From an uncultured cyanobacterium (GTDB lineage Bacteria > Cyanobacteriota > Cyanobacteriia > Cyanobacteriales > CAWUOF01), in the NCBI GenBank assembly GCA_963744145.1, contig CAVUSO010000001.1, forward strand, positions 1,280,001-1,344,000: 64,000 bases of DNA, in the 5' to 3' direction. Shown piece after piece: positions 10,094 to 19,376 of the stretch (the first letter of the stretch is position 1; every line of letters begins with the position of its first letter). The translations under genes and the position numbers were made by a program. The notes beneath the pieces were generated by a model. The model saw only the letters and a list, made by a program, of their open reading frames with translations, made no database searches and was not told where the DNA came from.

Positions 10094-11327
10094 TTTGGAA
10101 TTGCTGTGGGATCGACCCGCAAAAATTAGCTCTCAATCGACAACTCATGTGCTGCGATCGCGGATCTATCCTCAATCGGTCGGAAATGCTTTACCTAGCT
10201 TACCCCTACGGATCGCGATCGCTCTCGATACTAGCCAATCAATGCAAGGGGAAAAGCTACAATGTGCTAAGGAAGCTTGCCGTGCGGTTGTTTCTCATTT
10301 ACGTGACACAGATCGCTTATTTCTAGCAGGTTTTTCTACGAGAGTAACACCTTTACTACAATCTCTTACAGGTGGTGCTAATGCTGTTTCATCGGCTAAT
10401 ACAGCGATCGCTAGTTTGCAACCAGAGGGAGTTACTCGCACCGATTTGGCATTAGAATGGATTCAGAATGCCTTACCAAAGGAAACTGGAGTCACAAGAG
10501 TGGGGATTTTGATTACAGATGGTCATGCGACTACTCCCCAAGGTAATCTATTAGATGACGTAACGCCGCTAATTAACCAATCTAGCCAACTGAGTAGTGC
10601 TGGAATTGTGCTGTGTACTGTAGGATTAGGAGATGCAGCTAATTTTAATACAGCTTTTTTAACTGATTTGAGCGACAAGGGAAGGGGTGCGTTTCTCTAT
10701 GCTGACACACCAACTATCCTAAAATCTCTACTCCAAGAAAGACTGGCTGCTTGTCAAGCGATCGCGACGGAAGAAGCTAAACTCCGATTCACTCTAAGTT
10801 CTGGTGTTACCCTCAAAGGTTTTTGTCGTTTCCGTCCCGAATATTTACCTTTGGAAGAAACTGCAAAAAATGAATTAACACTGGGTACGATCGGAACAAA
10901 CTCCCCAACCGATGTATTAATTGACTTAGAAATTCCAGCAAGTGGTTTTGGAGAACCAATGGGTAGTCGAGAAGTAGTTTCAGTCCAGTTAACAGCTAGA
11001 GGAATGACCAACCCGATTACTAAGACAGCAGCGATTACCTATACTAATTCCTACTCAGAAGCGCAAAAAGTTAACGCTGAAGTCAATAACGATCGACTCT
11101 GTTGGGATATTAACGTTTATAGTAATGACCTAACCCGCACTAACGATCCGAAGCGCACAGGAGAATTACTAGATAATATCCAGTTTACAGCTACCCAAGC
11201 CGGACAAGCAAATATTGCGAACCAAGCAGCTCAACAGCTAGATGATCTGAAAAAGACTGGAGTATTGAACCCCCACAAATCAACTGGACTCTTGCGGGAT
11301 TCTCGAAATTTGGGAGGGACAAAATGA
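10086..11327 (+). CDS. vWA domain protein
   Basis: MIDAS LDTSQSM, ILITDG, TVGLG; overlaps the AAA stop codon. Confidence 0.9.
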   Translation: MFDLELLWDRPAKISSQSTTHVLRSRIYPQSVGNALPSLPLRIAIALDTSQSMQGEKLQCAKEACRAVVSHLRDTDRLFLAGFSTRVTPLLQSLTGGANAVSSANTAIASLQPEGVTRTDLALEWIQNALPKETGVTRVGILITDGHATTPQGNLLDDVTPLINQSSQLSSAGIVLCTVGLGDAANFNTAFLTDLSDKGRGAFLYADTPTILKSLLQERLAACQAIATEEAKLRFTLSSGVTLKGFCRFRPEYLPLEETAKNELTLGTIGTNSPTDVLIDLEIPASGFGEPMGSREVVSVQLTARGMTNPITKTAAITYTNSYSEAQKVNAEVNNDRLCWDINVYSNDLTRTNDPKRTGELLDNIQFTATQAGQANIANQAAQQLDDLKKTGVLNPHKSTGLLRDSRNLGGTK

Positions 11328-11728
11328 ATAGTGGTTTTGGGATCGACCCCATTCCTGGGTTATCTCGACTTACCCCGGATAATGCTAAGTTACTATTATT
11401 AAACGGACCAGCAGCAGCAAGTCGGTTTCCTCTTCATCGAATACGATCGCTGATTGGTCGGAATGATCTACCTTTGATAACAGTAGATATTGATCTAACT
11501 GAATGCGAAATTGGCGATCCAATTGCTATATCTCGTCGTCATGCAGTGATTGAGTGGGTAGAAGGGGAATTACAAATTGTGGATTTGTGCAGTAGGAACG
11601 GTACTTTTGTTGATGGTCAAAAATTGACAGCGATCGCTCCTAATCAACCATCAGCTCCTGTCATTTTAAAAGCGGGAAGTAAGGTAAAACTAGGAAACTT
11701 GGAATTTGAGGTGATCACTCATGGATAA
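11324..11728 (+). CDS. FHA domain protein
   Basis: IGR...ISRRHA...DLCSRNGTFVDG; ATGA overlap. Confidence 0.92.
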   Translation: MNSGFGIDPIPGLSRLTPDNAKLLLLNGPAAASRFPLHRIRSLIGRNDLPLITVDIDLTECEIGDPIAISRRHAVIEWVEGELQIVDLCSRNGTFVDGQKLTAIAPNQPSAPVILKAGSKVKLGNLEFEVITHG

Positions 11729-12518
11729 GCCGATTGTAAAACTAGCCTACGGTTCCAAAACCGATCCTGGCAAAATTCGTAAAATCAATGAAGATAATCT
11801 TTTATTAGAATCATGGTCAGATGCTTTACTAGCAGTAGTTGCTGATGGAATGGGAGGACATAAAGGAGGAGAGGTAGCAGCCAAAATTGCCGTTGATACT
11901 TTTCGAGAGTTATTAGATCAGCCCTTACCTAAAGAACCTGTTGAACGATACGAACAACTGTTAAAAAAATTTTATGATGCTGATACTGCTATCCGCGAGC
12001 AATCCTCTCAAGAGTTCAGATTGATGGATATGGGAACTACTTTAATGGCAGCGATCGTTACTCCCACAGAATATATTCATCTATATGCTGGTGACTGTCG
12101 TTTATATCACTTCCACCAGGGAGAATTTACTTATATCTCGGCTGATCATTCAGTAGTCAGGATACTGCAAAACTTGGGAAAGATCACCCCAGAAGAAGCA
12201 GCTACTCATCCAATGCGTTCAGTGGTCAACTCCTGTCTAGGTGGTAAGGGAAATACACAATTCTCTGTTGACCCAAAATGGGACGATGAAAAGTTACCTG
12301 TGTTGCGTGAATTATGTCCAGGTGATGTATTACTACTATGCAGCGACGGACTAAATAGCGAAGTAAGTGACAATCAGTTACAAAATTTGGTGCAACAGTC
12401 TGGAAACTCGACCGAAGAACTGACTAAAGCTTGTGCCGAAGCAGCTTTAGAGCATGGTGGTAAAGATAATATTACAGTTATTGCTATTCAGGTACAGGAG
12501 GAAGATCAGCAAAAATAA
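11721..12518 (+). CDS. PP2C (PPM) Ser/Thr phosphatase
   Basis: RKINED, VADGMGG, MGTT, AGDCR, LLCSDGL, GGKDNIT. Confidence 0.93.
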   Translation: MDKPIVKLAYGSKTDPGKIRKINEDNLLLESWSDALLAVVADGMGGHKGGEVAAKIAVDTFRELLDQPLPKEPVERYEQLLKKFYDADTAIREQSSQEFRLMDMGTTLMAAIVTPTEYIHLYAGDCRLYHFHQGEFTYISADHSVVRILQNLGKITPEEAATHPMRSVVNSCLGGKGNTQFSVDPKWDDEKLPVLRELCPGDVLLLCSDGLNSEVSDNQLQNLVQQSGNSTEELTKACAEAALEHGGKDNITVIAIQVQEEDQQK

Positions 12519-12575
12519 GACAAAATTATCAGCAGAAATAGATAGCAAACTTTAACTAATTGGATTGAAAAGTAT

Positions 12576-14000
12576 ATGAACAATGAGCAACTATACCGAC
12601 GAATGTTGGAAGGACAATGGGTCAATGGACAATATCATCTCAAAAAACTCCTGGGAGCAGGAAGTTACGGAGTAGTTTTTCAAGCAGATGAAGTAGTCGG
12701 AAATCGCCTAGTTCGAGAAGTAGCTATTAAACTAATTTCTCCCAATGATGATGATCGCGATCTCCAGCTCCAAGAATTAATTGATGCAGTTAATTTAGAT
12801 CACCCCAATTTAGTGCGATGCTTTACTTCTGGTTTAGTTAAACTCAACGGAGTTGAATTTTTATATTTAGTCATGGAGCTAGCCCAAAAAACTCTCGCTA
12901 AACATTTAGAAAAAAGCTCTTTGTCTGTAGGAGAAGTGCAAAAAATCGTCCAGGAAATTGCTGCTGGATTAGTTTATCTTCATCGTGAACCCCATCCGCG
13001 AGTGCATCGTGATTTGAAACCAGCTAATGTCCTATGGGTAAGCGATCGCTGGAAATTATCAGATTTTGGGTTATTGCGGTCAACTGGTTCTAAGGGTTCA
13101 GCTCGCACCAGTAAAGTTAGGAGAACTGACGGTTATGCTCCCCCAGAAGCTTATCTCGGAGTGGTGGCTCCCACTTGGGATGTGTGGTCATTAGGGGTGA
13201 TCATGGTGGAAATGCTCACGGGACAGCTACCCTTTACAGGAGATACAGAGCAGGAATTGATCGTAAAAGTAATGGACGGAAAACCATCAATCGAATGGTC
13301 AAAAGTCCACCAATCATTCAGAGAGATCATCAAGGGAGCTTTAGAGAAAGAGCGGAAAGACCGATGGACGGCACAAAGGGTGCTGAATACTTTTACCAAA
13401 AAATATCTCCCTCCAACCATCCCATCTATTGTGAGTCCATTTCCTGGGAAAATAGAAATAGGACAGAATCCTTTTACCGCAAAAGGTATCCCTCTATTTG
13501 ACCCAACTCCAAGCATAGTGAGTCAGCCTCCTGTGCAATTGAAGTCAGCAAAAGGGGTAGATTACACTAATTTACAACGCTTACTAGCCGCAGGAAAATG
13601 GAAGGAAGCGGATGAGGAAACAGGCAAAAAAATGTGCGAGGTCATGGGGCGACAAAAAGAAGGTTGGCTAGATGTCGAACATATCGATAATTTTCCCTGT
13701 GAAGACCTTCGCACAATTGATCAACTTTGGGTAAAATCTAGTAACGGTCATTTTGGCTTTTCTGTGCAAAAGCGTATCTATCAAAGTCTCGGTGGAACCC
13801 GGAACTATGATGAGAAAATCTGGGCTGCTTTTGGCGATCGCGTCGGCTGGAGGAAAAATGGAGACTGGATATACTACAGCGACCTCACCTTCTCAACCAA
13901 ATCTCCCGGTGGCCACCTCCCCTTGTGGTGGGGGAAAGGTCCGTGTGTGGTGGTTGGTGCCTCTTCTCTCGCGTCGAGACTTGTAGACTGTAACATATAA
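12576..14000 (+). CDS. Hanks-type Ser/Thr kinase with C-terminal GUN4-like domain (copy 1)
   Basis: LGAGSYG, VAIK, HRDLKPAN, DFG, APPE; GUN4-like motifs YTNLQRLLAAGKWKEADEET, DLRTIDQLW, GHFGFSVQ, GHLP. Confidence 0.92.
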   Translation: MNNEQLYRRMLEGQWVNGQYHLKKLLGAGSYGVVFQADEVVGNRLVREVAIKLISPNDDDRDLQLQELIDAVNLDHPNLVRCFTSGLVKLNGVEFLYLVMELAQKTLAKHLEKSSLSVGEVQKIVQEIAAGLVYLHREPHPRVHRDLKPANVLWVSDRWKLSDFGLLRSTGSKGSARTSKVRRTDGYAPPEAYLGVVAPTWDVWSLGVIMVEMLTGQLPFTGDTEQELIVKVMDGKPSIEWSKVHQSFREIIKGALEKERKDRWTAQRVLNTFTKKYLPPTIPSIVSPFPGKIEIGQNPFTAKGIPLFDPTPSIVSQPPVQLKSAKGVDYTNLQRLLAAGKWKEADEETGKKMCEVMGRQKEGWLDVEHIDNFPCEDLRTIDQLWVKSSNGHFGFSVQKRIYQSLGGTRNYDEKIWAAFGDRVGWRKNGDWIYYSDLTFSTKSPGGHLPLWWGKGPCVVVGASSLASRLVDCNI

Positions 14001-14008
14001 AGCTTACA

Positions 14009-14245
14009 AAAAATTGTTACATTTTGTAAATACACGATTTCCCACGAAGCCATGCGCCTTCTAGCTTTCCGATACCTGGCACCGACGCCGAGCGAAGTAC
14101 CGACAGTTATTCTGTAGTTTTCTGTAGTATCTGACCCACTACTTCGGGGTTATAACAATTAGCAATGACAAATTTATCAGCCACAGCTAAGATATCTGGA
14201 TTCATTTCCTCAAAATCAGCCCAAGGTAAATTCTTTTCATCTCTT
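14009..14245 (-). pseudogene. 3' remnant of a convergent unknown gene
   Basis: Minus strand reads RDEKNLPWADFEEMNPDILAVADKFVIANCYNPEVVGQ, then about 50 extra nt containing a stop, then PGIGKLEGAWLRGKSCIYKM*. A homologous remnant lies after kinase 3. Confidence 0.5.
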
Positions 14246-14339
14246 TAATAAGCTCGCGATCGGTGTTGGTGGTGGATGGCGATCGGTGTTTAAAGATTTT
14301 TAATAGGTCGCGATCGGTGTTTCCAATAATCAGTTAATT

Positions 14340-14698
14340 GTAGGGGCGAAGCATTCGGGCGACAATTAATCGCATAAAACTTTACCCTGAGCGGAGTCGA
14401 AGGGCAGTAATATTATATCCGAATGCTGATGCCGTAGGCATCGCTACGCGAACGCCCTTCTTCGCCGATATCTCCCAAAACATTCTTAATTGAACCGGAT
14501 TGATATATCATTAATTGAACCGGATTTATATATTAATTGAACCGGATTTATATATTAATTGAACCGGGTTTATATATTAATTGAACCGGATTTATATATA
14601 GTTGATCTGTTGGTTGCATAGATGGTGAGGGCAAAGCATTTCGGTAATGGTTTCTTCGTTTCAGCGATAATTTCTTCGCCGAAATGCTTTGCCCCTAC
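14340..14698. repeat. Composite REP-like module: hairpin A + 5x TTAATTGAACCGG.TT.ATAT + inverted hairpin B
   Basis: GTAG at both outer ends facing inward; hairpin B is GGGCAAAGCATTTCGG...CCGAAATGCTTTGCCCCTAC. Confidence 0.85.
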
Positions 14699-14922
14699 AG
14701 GGAACCGAATCGGATTGTGTTTTCTTATATAGATCGATATTAAATATAATAAATGATGTTTTATTGCGATCGCGTTATGTCTTGAATTGGCGGCGATCGC
14801 AGTTAGATAACTAATTAACTGAAACAAGCGATCGCCAATTCCAGTAATCAGAATCTAATCACTATTGTTGGTGGATGGTGATGGCGTTGGCGTGATAATT
14901 TTCATTGACAGTTGAGTTCTTT

Positions 14923-15164
14923 GTAGGGGCGAAGCATTCGGGCGACAATTTATCGCATAAAACCAATAACATTTTATCCGAATGCTTCGCCCTTCTTCGC
15001 CGATATCTCCCAAAACATTCTTAATTGAACCGGGTTTATCTATTAATTGAACCGGATTTATATATAGTTGATCTGTTGGTTTCATGGATGGTGAGGGCAA
15101 AGCATTTCGGTAATGGTTTCTTCGTTTCAACGATAATTTCTTCGCCGAAATGCTTTGCCCCTAC
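14923..15164. repeat. Composite REP-like module (2 central units)
   Basis: Same A + tandem + B layout as 14340-14698. Confidence 0.85.
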
Positions 15165-15339
15165 AGGGAACCGAATCGGAGTATTGTTATATAGATCGAT
15201 ATTAAATATAATAAATGATGTTTAATTGCGATCGCGTTATGTCTTGAATTGGCGGCGATCGCAGTTAGATAAATAATTTTTGTTAAAATTAGAATATTTA
15301 TAGATTTTTGCTTCTTGTAAGTCTATGGATCTATGGGTG

Positions 15340-15369
15340 TTGATATTTTCGGTTATTCAGGTATATAGT
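15340..15369 (+). promoter_or_regulatory. Putative sigma70-type promoter
   Basis: TTGATA-N18-TATAGT immediately before the structured segment. Confidence 0.4.
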
Positions 15370-15377
15370 AAAGTTAA

Positions 15378-15543
15378 CCATCCGACCTAAACGCATTAAT
15401 ACGAGGGTTTACCATGAGTTTCGACTCACATCGACTCCCAGTGTGCGCTTCCTTCGGTTCCTCCTTTCGACGACCCTCAGAGTAAACGAGCAGGTAAGCG
15501 AACGGGCACACGCAGGTTATGTTTATCCATGTAGGTCGGACTG
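15378..15543. ncRNA. Putative structured RNA or DNA hairpin element, family unknown
   Basis: GC-richer than its flanks; closed by TCCGACCTA/TAGGTCGGA; contains the hairpin TGAGT-TTCG-ACTCA and a long bulged GTGTGC...GCACAC stem. Confidence 0.4.
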
Positions 15544-15594
15544 CGATCGCTCTTAACCGTTTCCTTGAAGTTAACAACAACAAAAACTAAATTT

Positions 15595-15774
15595 ATGGAA
15601 AAAGTTGTATTCAAAACTACTAATAAACAACAACCTACTGACTTTGCTTACTGGCAAAAACAAACGCCTCAAAAACGTTTAGACACTCTCGAACAAATCC
15701 GCCAAGAATATCATCAATATAAATATAATGCTCAACCAAGATTTCAAAGAATTTATACAATTATTAAACGATAA
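15595..15774 (+). CDS. Small protein (59 aa), putative partner of the downstream nucleotidyltransferase
   Basis: DFAYWQKQTPQKRL...RFQRIYTIIKR; overlaps the nucleotidyltransferase start. Confidence 0.6.
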   Translation: MEKVVFKTTNKQQPTDFAYWQKQTPQKRLDTLEQIRQEYHQYKYNAQPRFQRIYTIIKR

Positions 15775-15990
15775 TCAGGTTAAATACCTGGTTATTGGTG
15801 GTTATGCTGTGGCAATTCATTAGTTACTTCACCTGATGGAGTAGATTTTCAAACTTGCTATGATTCAAAAATGGAGTTTATTATTGATGAGATGATGATT
15901 AAATTTATCGATCTTGATAATCTCATAAAAAATAAATTAGCATCGGTTAGACTTCAGGATTTGGCAGATTTAGAAAATTTACAGAACTAA
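15728..15990 (+). pseudogene. Nucleotidyltransferase (TA-associated type) with internal deletion and stop
   Basis: MLNQDFKEFIQLLNDNQVKYLVIGGYAVAIH*, then TSPDGVDF...DNLIKNKLASVRLQDLADLENLQN*. The catalytic RxTxDxD segment expected after the GG motif is missing. Confidence 0.7.
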
Positions 15991-16031
15991 TTATTGCACA
16001 ATCAATTTGAATAAATTGAGCGAAAAAGTCT

Positions 16032-17456
16032 ATGAACAATGAGCAACTATGGCGAATGTTAGCAGGAGAATGTGTCAACGGACAATATCACCTCAAAAAA
16101 CTCCTGGGTGTCGGCAGTTACGGCGCAGTTTTTCAAGCAGATGAAGTGGTCGGCGATCGCCTAGTTCGAGAAGTAGCTATTAAGATAATTTCCCCAGATA
16201 ATGATGAAAAAACCCGCGATCGCCAGCTCCAAGAATTGATTGTCGCGGTTAATTTAGATCACCCGAATTTAATCCGTTGTTTTGCTCCAGGGTTAGCTCA
16301 AATTAAAGGATTTGAATTTTTGTATTTGCTAATGGAGTTAGCAGAAGAAACCCTCGCTAAACGTCTAGAAAAAAGTTCTTTGTCATTGGAAGAAGTACAG
16401 AAAATAGTTCAAGAAATAGCTGCCGGATTAGTTTATCTTCATCGTGAACCCCATCCGAAAGTACATCGTGATTTGAAGCCCGCTAATGTACTACGAGTGG
16501 GCGATCGCTGGAAATTATCAGATTTTGGCTTATTGCGCTCAATCGATTCTCAGGGTTCAGCTCGCACTAGTAAAGGTCAGGGAACTAACGGCTATGCTCC
16601 CCCAGAAGCTTATGATGGAGTAGTTGCTCCAGCTTGGGATGTGTGGTCATTAGGAGTAATCATGGTGGAACTGCTCACGGGACAGCTACCCTTTACAGGA
16701 GATACAGAGCAGGAATTGCTCAAAAAAGTAATGGAGGGTAAACCATCAATCGAATGGTCAAAAGTCCACCAATCATTCAGAGAGATGATCAAGGGAGCTT
16801 TAGAGAAAGAGCGGCAAAACCGATGGACGGCAGAAATGGTGCTGAATACTTTTACCAAAAAAGATCTCCCTCCAACTACCCCATCCATTGAGAGTCAGCC
16901 TCCTTTGCAATTGAAGTCAGCAAAAGGAGTAGACTACACTAATTTACAACGCTTACTAGCCGCAGGGAAATGGAAAGAAGCGGATGAGGAAACAAGCAAA
17001 AAAATGTGCGGGGTCATGGGGCGACAAGAAGAAGGTTGGTTAAGAAGCGAAGATATTGATAATTTTCCCTGCGAAGACCTTCGCACAATTGATCAACTTT
17101 GGGTAAAATCTAGTAACGGTCATTTTGGCTTTTCTGTGCAAAAGCGCATCTATCAAAGTCTCGGTGGAACCCGGAACTATGATGAGAAAATTTGGGAAGC
17201 TTTTGGCGATCGCGTTGGCTGGAGGAAAAATGGAGCTTGGATATACTACAGTGACCTCACTTTCTCAACCACTTCTTTGGTGGGCCATATCCCTGGGTTA
17301 CCACTTCTTTGTTTGGAGGGCTATCTCCCTGTTGTATTGGTGGTGAGTGTTTGGATAGGTAAAGAGGTTTTTTGGGTTGTCTCTTCTCTCGCGTCGAGAC
17401 TTGTAGACTCTTCTCCAAGCCAGGCGCATTCTGATTCAGATATCATCCTATTGTAA
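16032..17456 (+). CDS. Ser/Thr kinase-GUN4 protein (copy 2)
   Basis: Same motifs as copy 1; different linker and tail. Confidence 0.92.
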   Translation: MNNEQLWRMLAGECVNGQYHLKKLLGVGSYGAVFQADEVVGDRLVREVAIKIISPDNDEKTRDRQLQELIVAVNLDHPNLIRCFAPGLAQIKGFEFLYLLMELAEETLAKRLEKSSLSLEEVQKIVQEIAAGLVYLHREPHPKVHRDLKPANVLRVGDRWKLSDFGLLRSIDSQGSARTSKGQGTNGYAPPEAYDGVVAPAWDVWSLGVIMVELLTGQLPFTGDTEQELLKKVMEGKPSIEWSKVHQSFREMIKGALEKERQNRWTAEMVLNTFTKKDLPPTTPSIESQPPLQLKSAKGVDYTNLQRLLAAGKWKEADEETSKKMCGVMGRQEEGWLRSEDIDNFPCEDLRTIDQLWVKSSNGHFGFSVQKRIYQSLGGTRNYDEKIWEAFGDRVGWRKNGAWIYYSDLTFSTTSLVGHIPGLPLLCLEGYLPVVLVVSVWIGKEVFWVVSSLASRLVDSSPSQAHSDSDIILL

Positions 17457-17459
17457 TAA

Positions 17460-17740
17460 TACCGTGATCGGTGTTAGGGGTGGATGGTGATCGCAGTTTA
17501 ACGATTTTCAATAATAAGATCGCGATCGGTGTTTCCGGTAATCAAAATCTAATTGCTGTTAGTGGATGGCGATCGCAGGTTGACGATTTTAATAATAAGA
17601 CAATCTTAAATTGAATCAATCTATCATCATAAATTTGGATAATAAATGACATTTAAGCGCGATCGCATTATGTCTTTAATTGCAGGCGATCGCAGTTTAA
17701 CGATTTTCACGGTTGTCGCGATCGGTGTTTCCAATAATCA
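17460..17740. repeat. Degenerate HIP1-centred short repeats
   Basis: Recurring GCGATCGGTGTT / GTGGATGGCGATCGCAGTTT.ACGATTTT units; similar units at 14254-14335. Confidence 0.6.
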
Positions 17741-17747
17741 GTTAATT

Positions 17748-18063
17748 GTAGGGGCGAAGCATTCGGGCGACAATTAATCGCACAAAACTTTACCCTGAGC
17801 GGAGTCGAAGGGCAGTAACATTATATCCGAATGCTTCGCCCTTCTTCGCCGATATCTCCCAAAACATTCTTAATTGAACCGGATTTATATATCATTAATT
17901 GAACTGGATTTATATATCATTAATTGAACCGGATTTATATATTAATTGAACCGGATTTATATATAGTTGATCTGTTGGTTGCATAGATGGTGAGGGCAAA
18001 GCATTTCGGTAATGGTTTCTTCGTTTCAGCGATAATTTCTTCGCCGAAATGCTTTGCCCCTAC
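17748..18063. repeat. Composite REP-like module (4 central units)
   Basis: Near-identical to 14340-14698. Confidence 0.85.
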
Positions 18064-18226
18064 AGGGAACCGAATCGGATTGTGTTTTCTTATATAGATC
18101 GATATTAAATATAATAAATGATGTTTAATTGCGATCGCATTATGTCTTTAATTGGCGGCGATCGCAGTTAGATAACTAATTATCTGCTAAAATAAGAAAG
18201 AAGTCAACCACTATTAAAGTTCCTCA

Positions 18227-19235
18227 ATGCAAGACAAACCCCGCGCCGACTACGATAGTCCTTGGAAAGAAGCCATTAACAGTTACTTTGAACCTTTCAT
18301 GAATTTTTTCTTTCCGGTCATCCATCAAGAAATCGACTGGACAAAAGGCTATGAAACCTTAGATGCAGACTTACAAGAAGTCGTAAGAGATGCAGAAACG
18401 GGGAATCGTTTAGCCGATAAGCTCGTGAAAGTTTGGTTAAATCATAGCACCCAGGAAATTTTAATCCTGGTGCATATCGAAATCCAAGGAGGAGTAGATC
18501 CGAACTTTGCGAAACGGATGTTTATCTACAATCACCGTTTATTTGACCGATACGATCGAGAAGTGATTAGTTTAGCAGTATTAGGAGATGAGCAAAAATC
18601 CTGGCGTCCCAATAGTTATGGTTATGCAATGTGTGGATTTAGTAGCCAATTGCAGTTTCCCATCGTCAAACTCTTAGACTACCAAGAACAATGGGAGTTG
18701 CTTGAACAAAGCACTAATCCTTTTGCTGTAATTGTCATGGCACATTTAACTGCAAAGGAAACCACCAGAGATCCACAAAGAAGATTACAAGGGAAACTCA
18801 GCATAGTGCGGGGGCTATATGAACGGGGCTATAATAGGGAGGAAATCAAGCGAACTATTTCGGTTAATTGACTGGATGATGGTATTACCAGACCAGCTAG
18901 AACAGGATTTTCGGGTGGAATACAAACGGTTTCAGGAGGAAAATCAAGTGCCATATATCACCAGTATTGAACGTTTAGCGAAAGCAGAAGGTAGAGAAGA
19001 AGGCTTAGAAGAAGGGATCGAACAAGGAATCGAACAAGGAATCGAACGAGGCAGTGTACAAACAGCACAGGAAAATATCATCACAGTGTTGGAGACTAGG
19101 TTTGGAGAAGTACCAGAAATCTTCAGAGAGCGGATTAATCAAATCGAAGATTTAGCCACATTAAGACAACTTCTCATTCGTGGCATTACGATCGCTTCTT
19201 TCGAGGATTTTGAGCAAGAAATCTCTTCAAATTAG
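18227..19235 (+). pseudogene. Rpn/transposase_31-like protein, frameshifted near 18848
   Basis: DYDSPWKE...HIEIQG...RMFIYNHR, continuing in another frame as ELFRLIDWMMVLP...EEGIEQG...LETRFGEVP; one extra A in GAAATCAAGCGAA. Confidence 0.8.
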
Positions 19236-19376
19236 TCACTAGGTTCTAGTTAATTCCCCTATTGGGTTGAGGGGCGATCGCTATTTATCTGCTCTGATAT
19301 AGAGATTTAGATGCGATCGCCTCTTCTCACAAAATACCACCCCGAGACAAATTGAATAAATTGATCGAAAAATCCT

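Noticed and set aside
12576..14000. Calling the kinases gun4 (Mg-chelatase cofactor)
   Set aside because: They are kinase fusions with a GUN4-like domain, not the stand-alone Ycf53/Gun4.
14486..14600. TTAATTGAACCGG tandem units as a CRISPR array
   Set aside because: The period is only 22-25 nt with no unique spacers, and there are no cas genes in the window.
14570..15225. Short ORFs across the REP modules (also 20807-21094 and 23542-23754)
   Set aside because: They are translations of repeat DNA.
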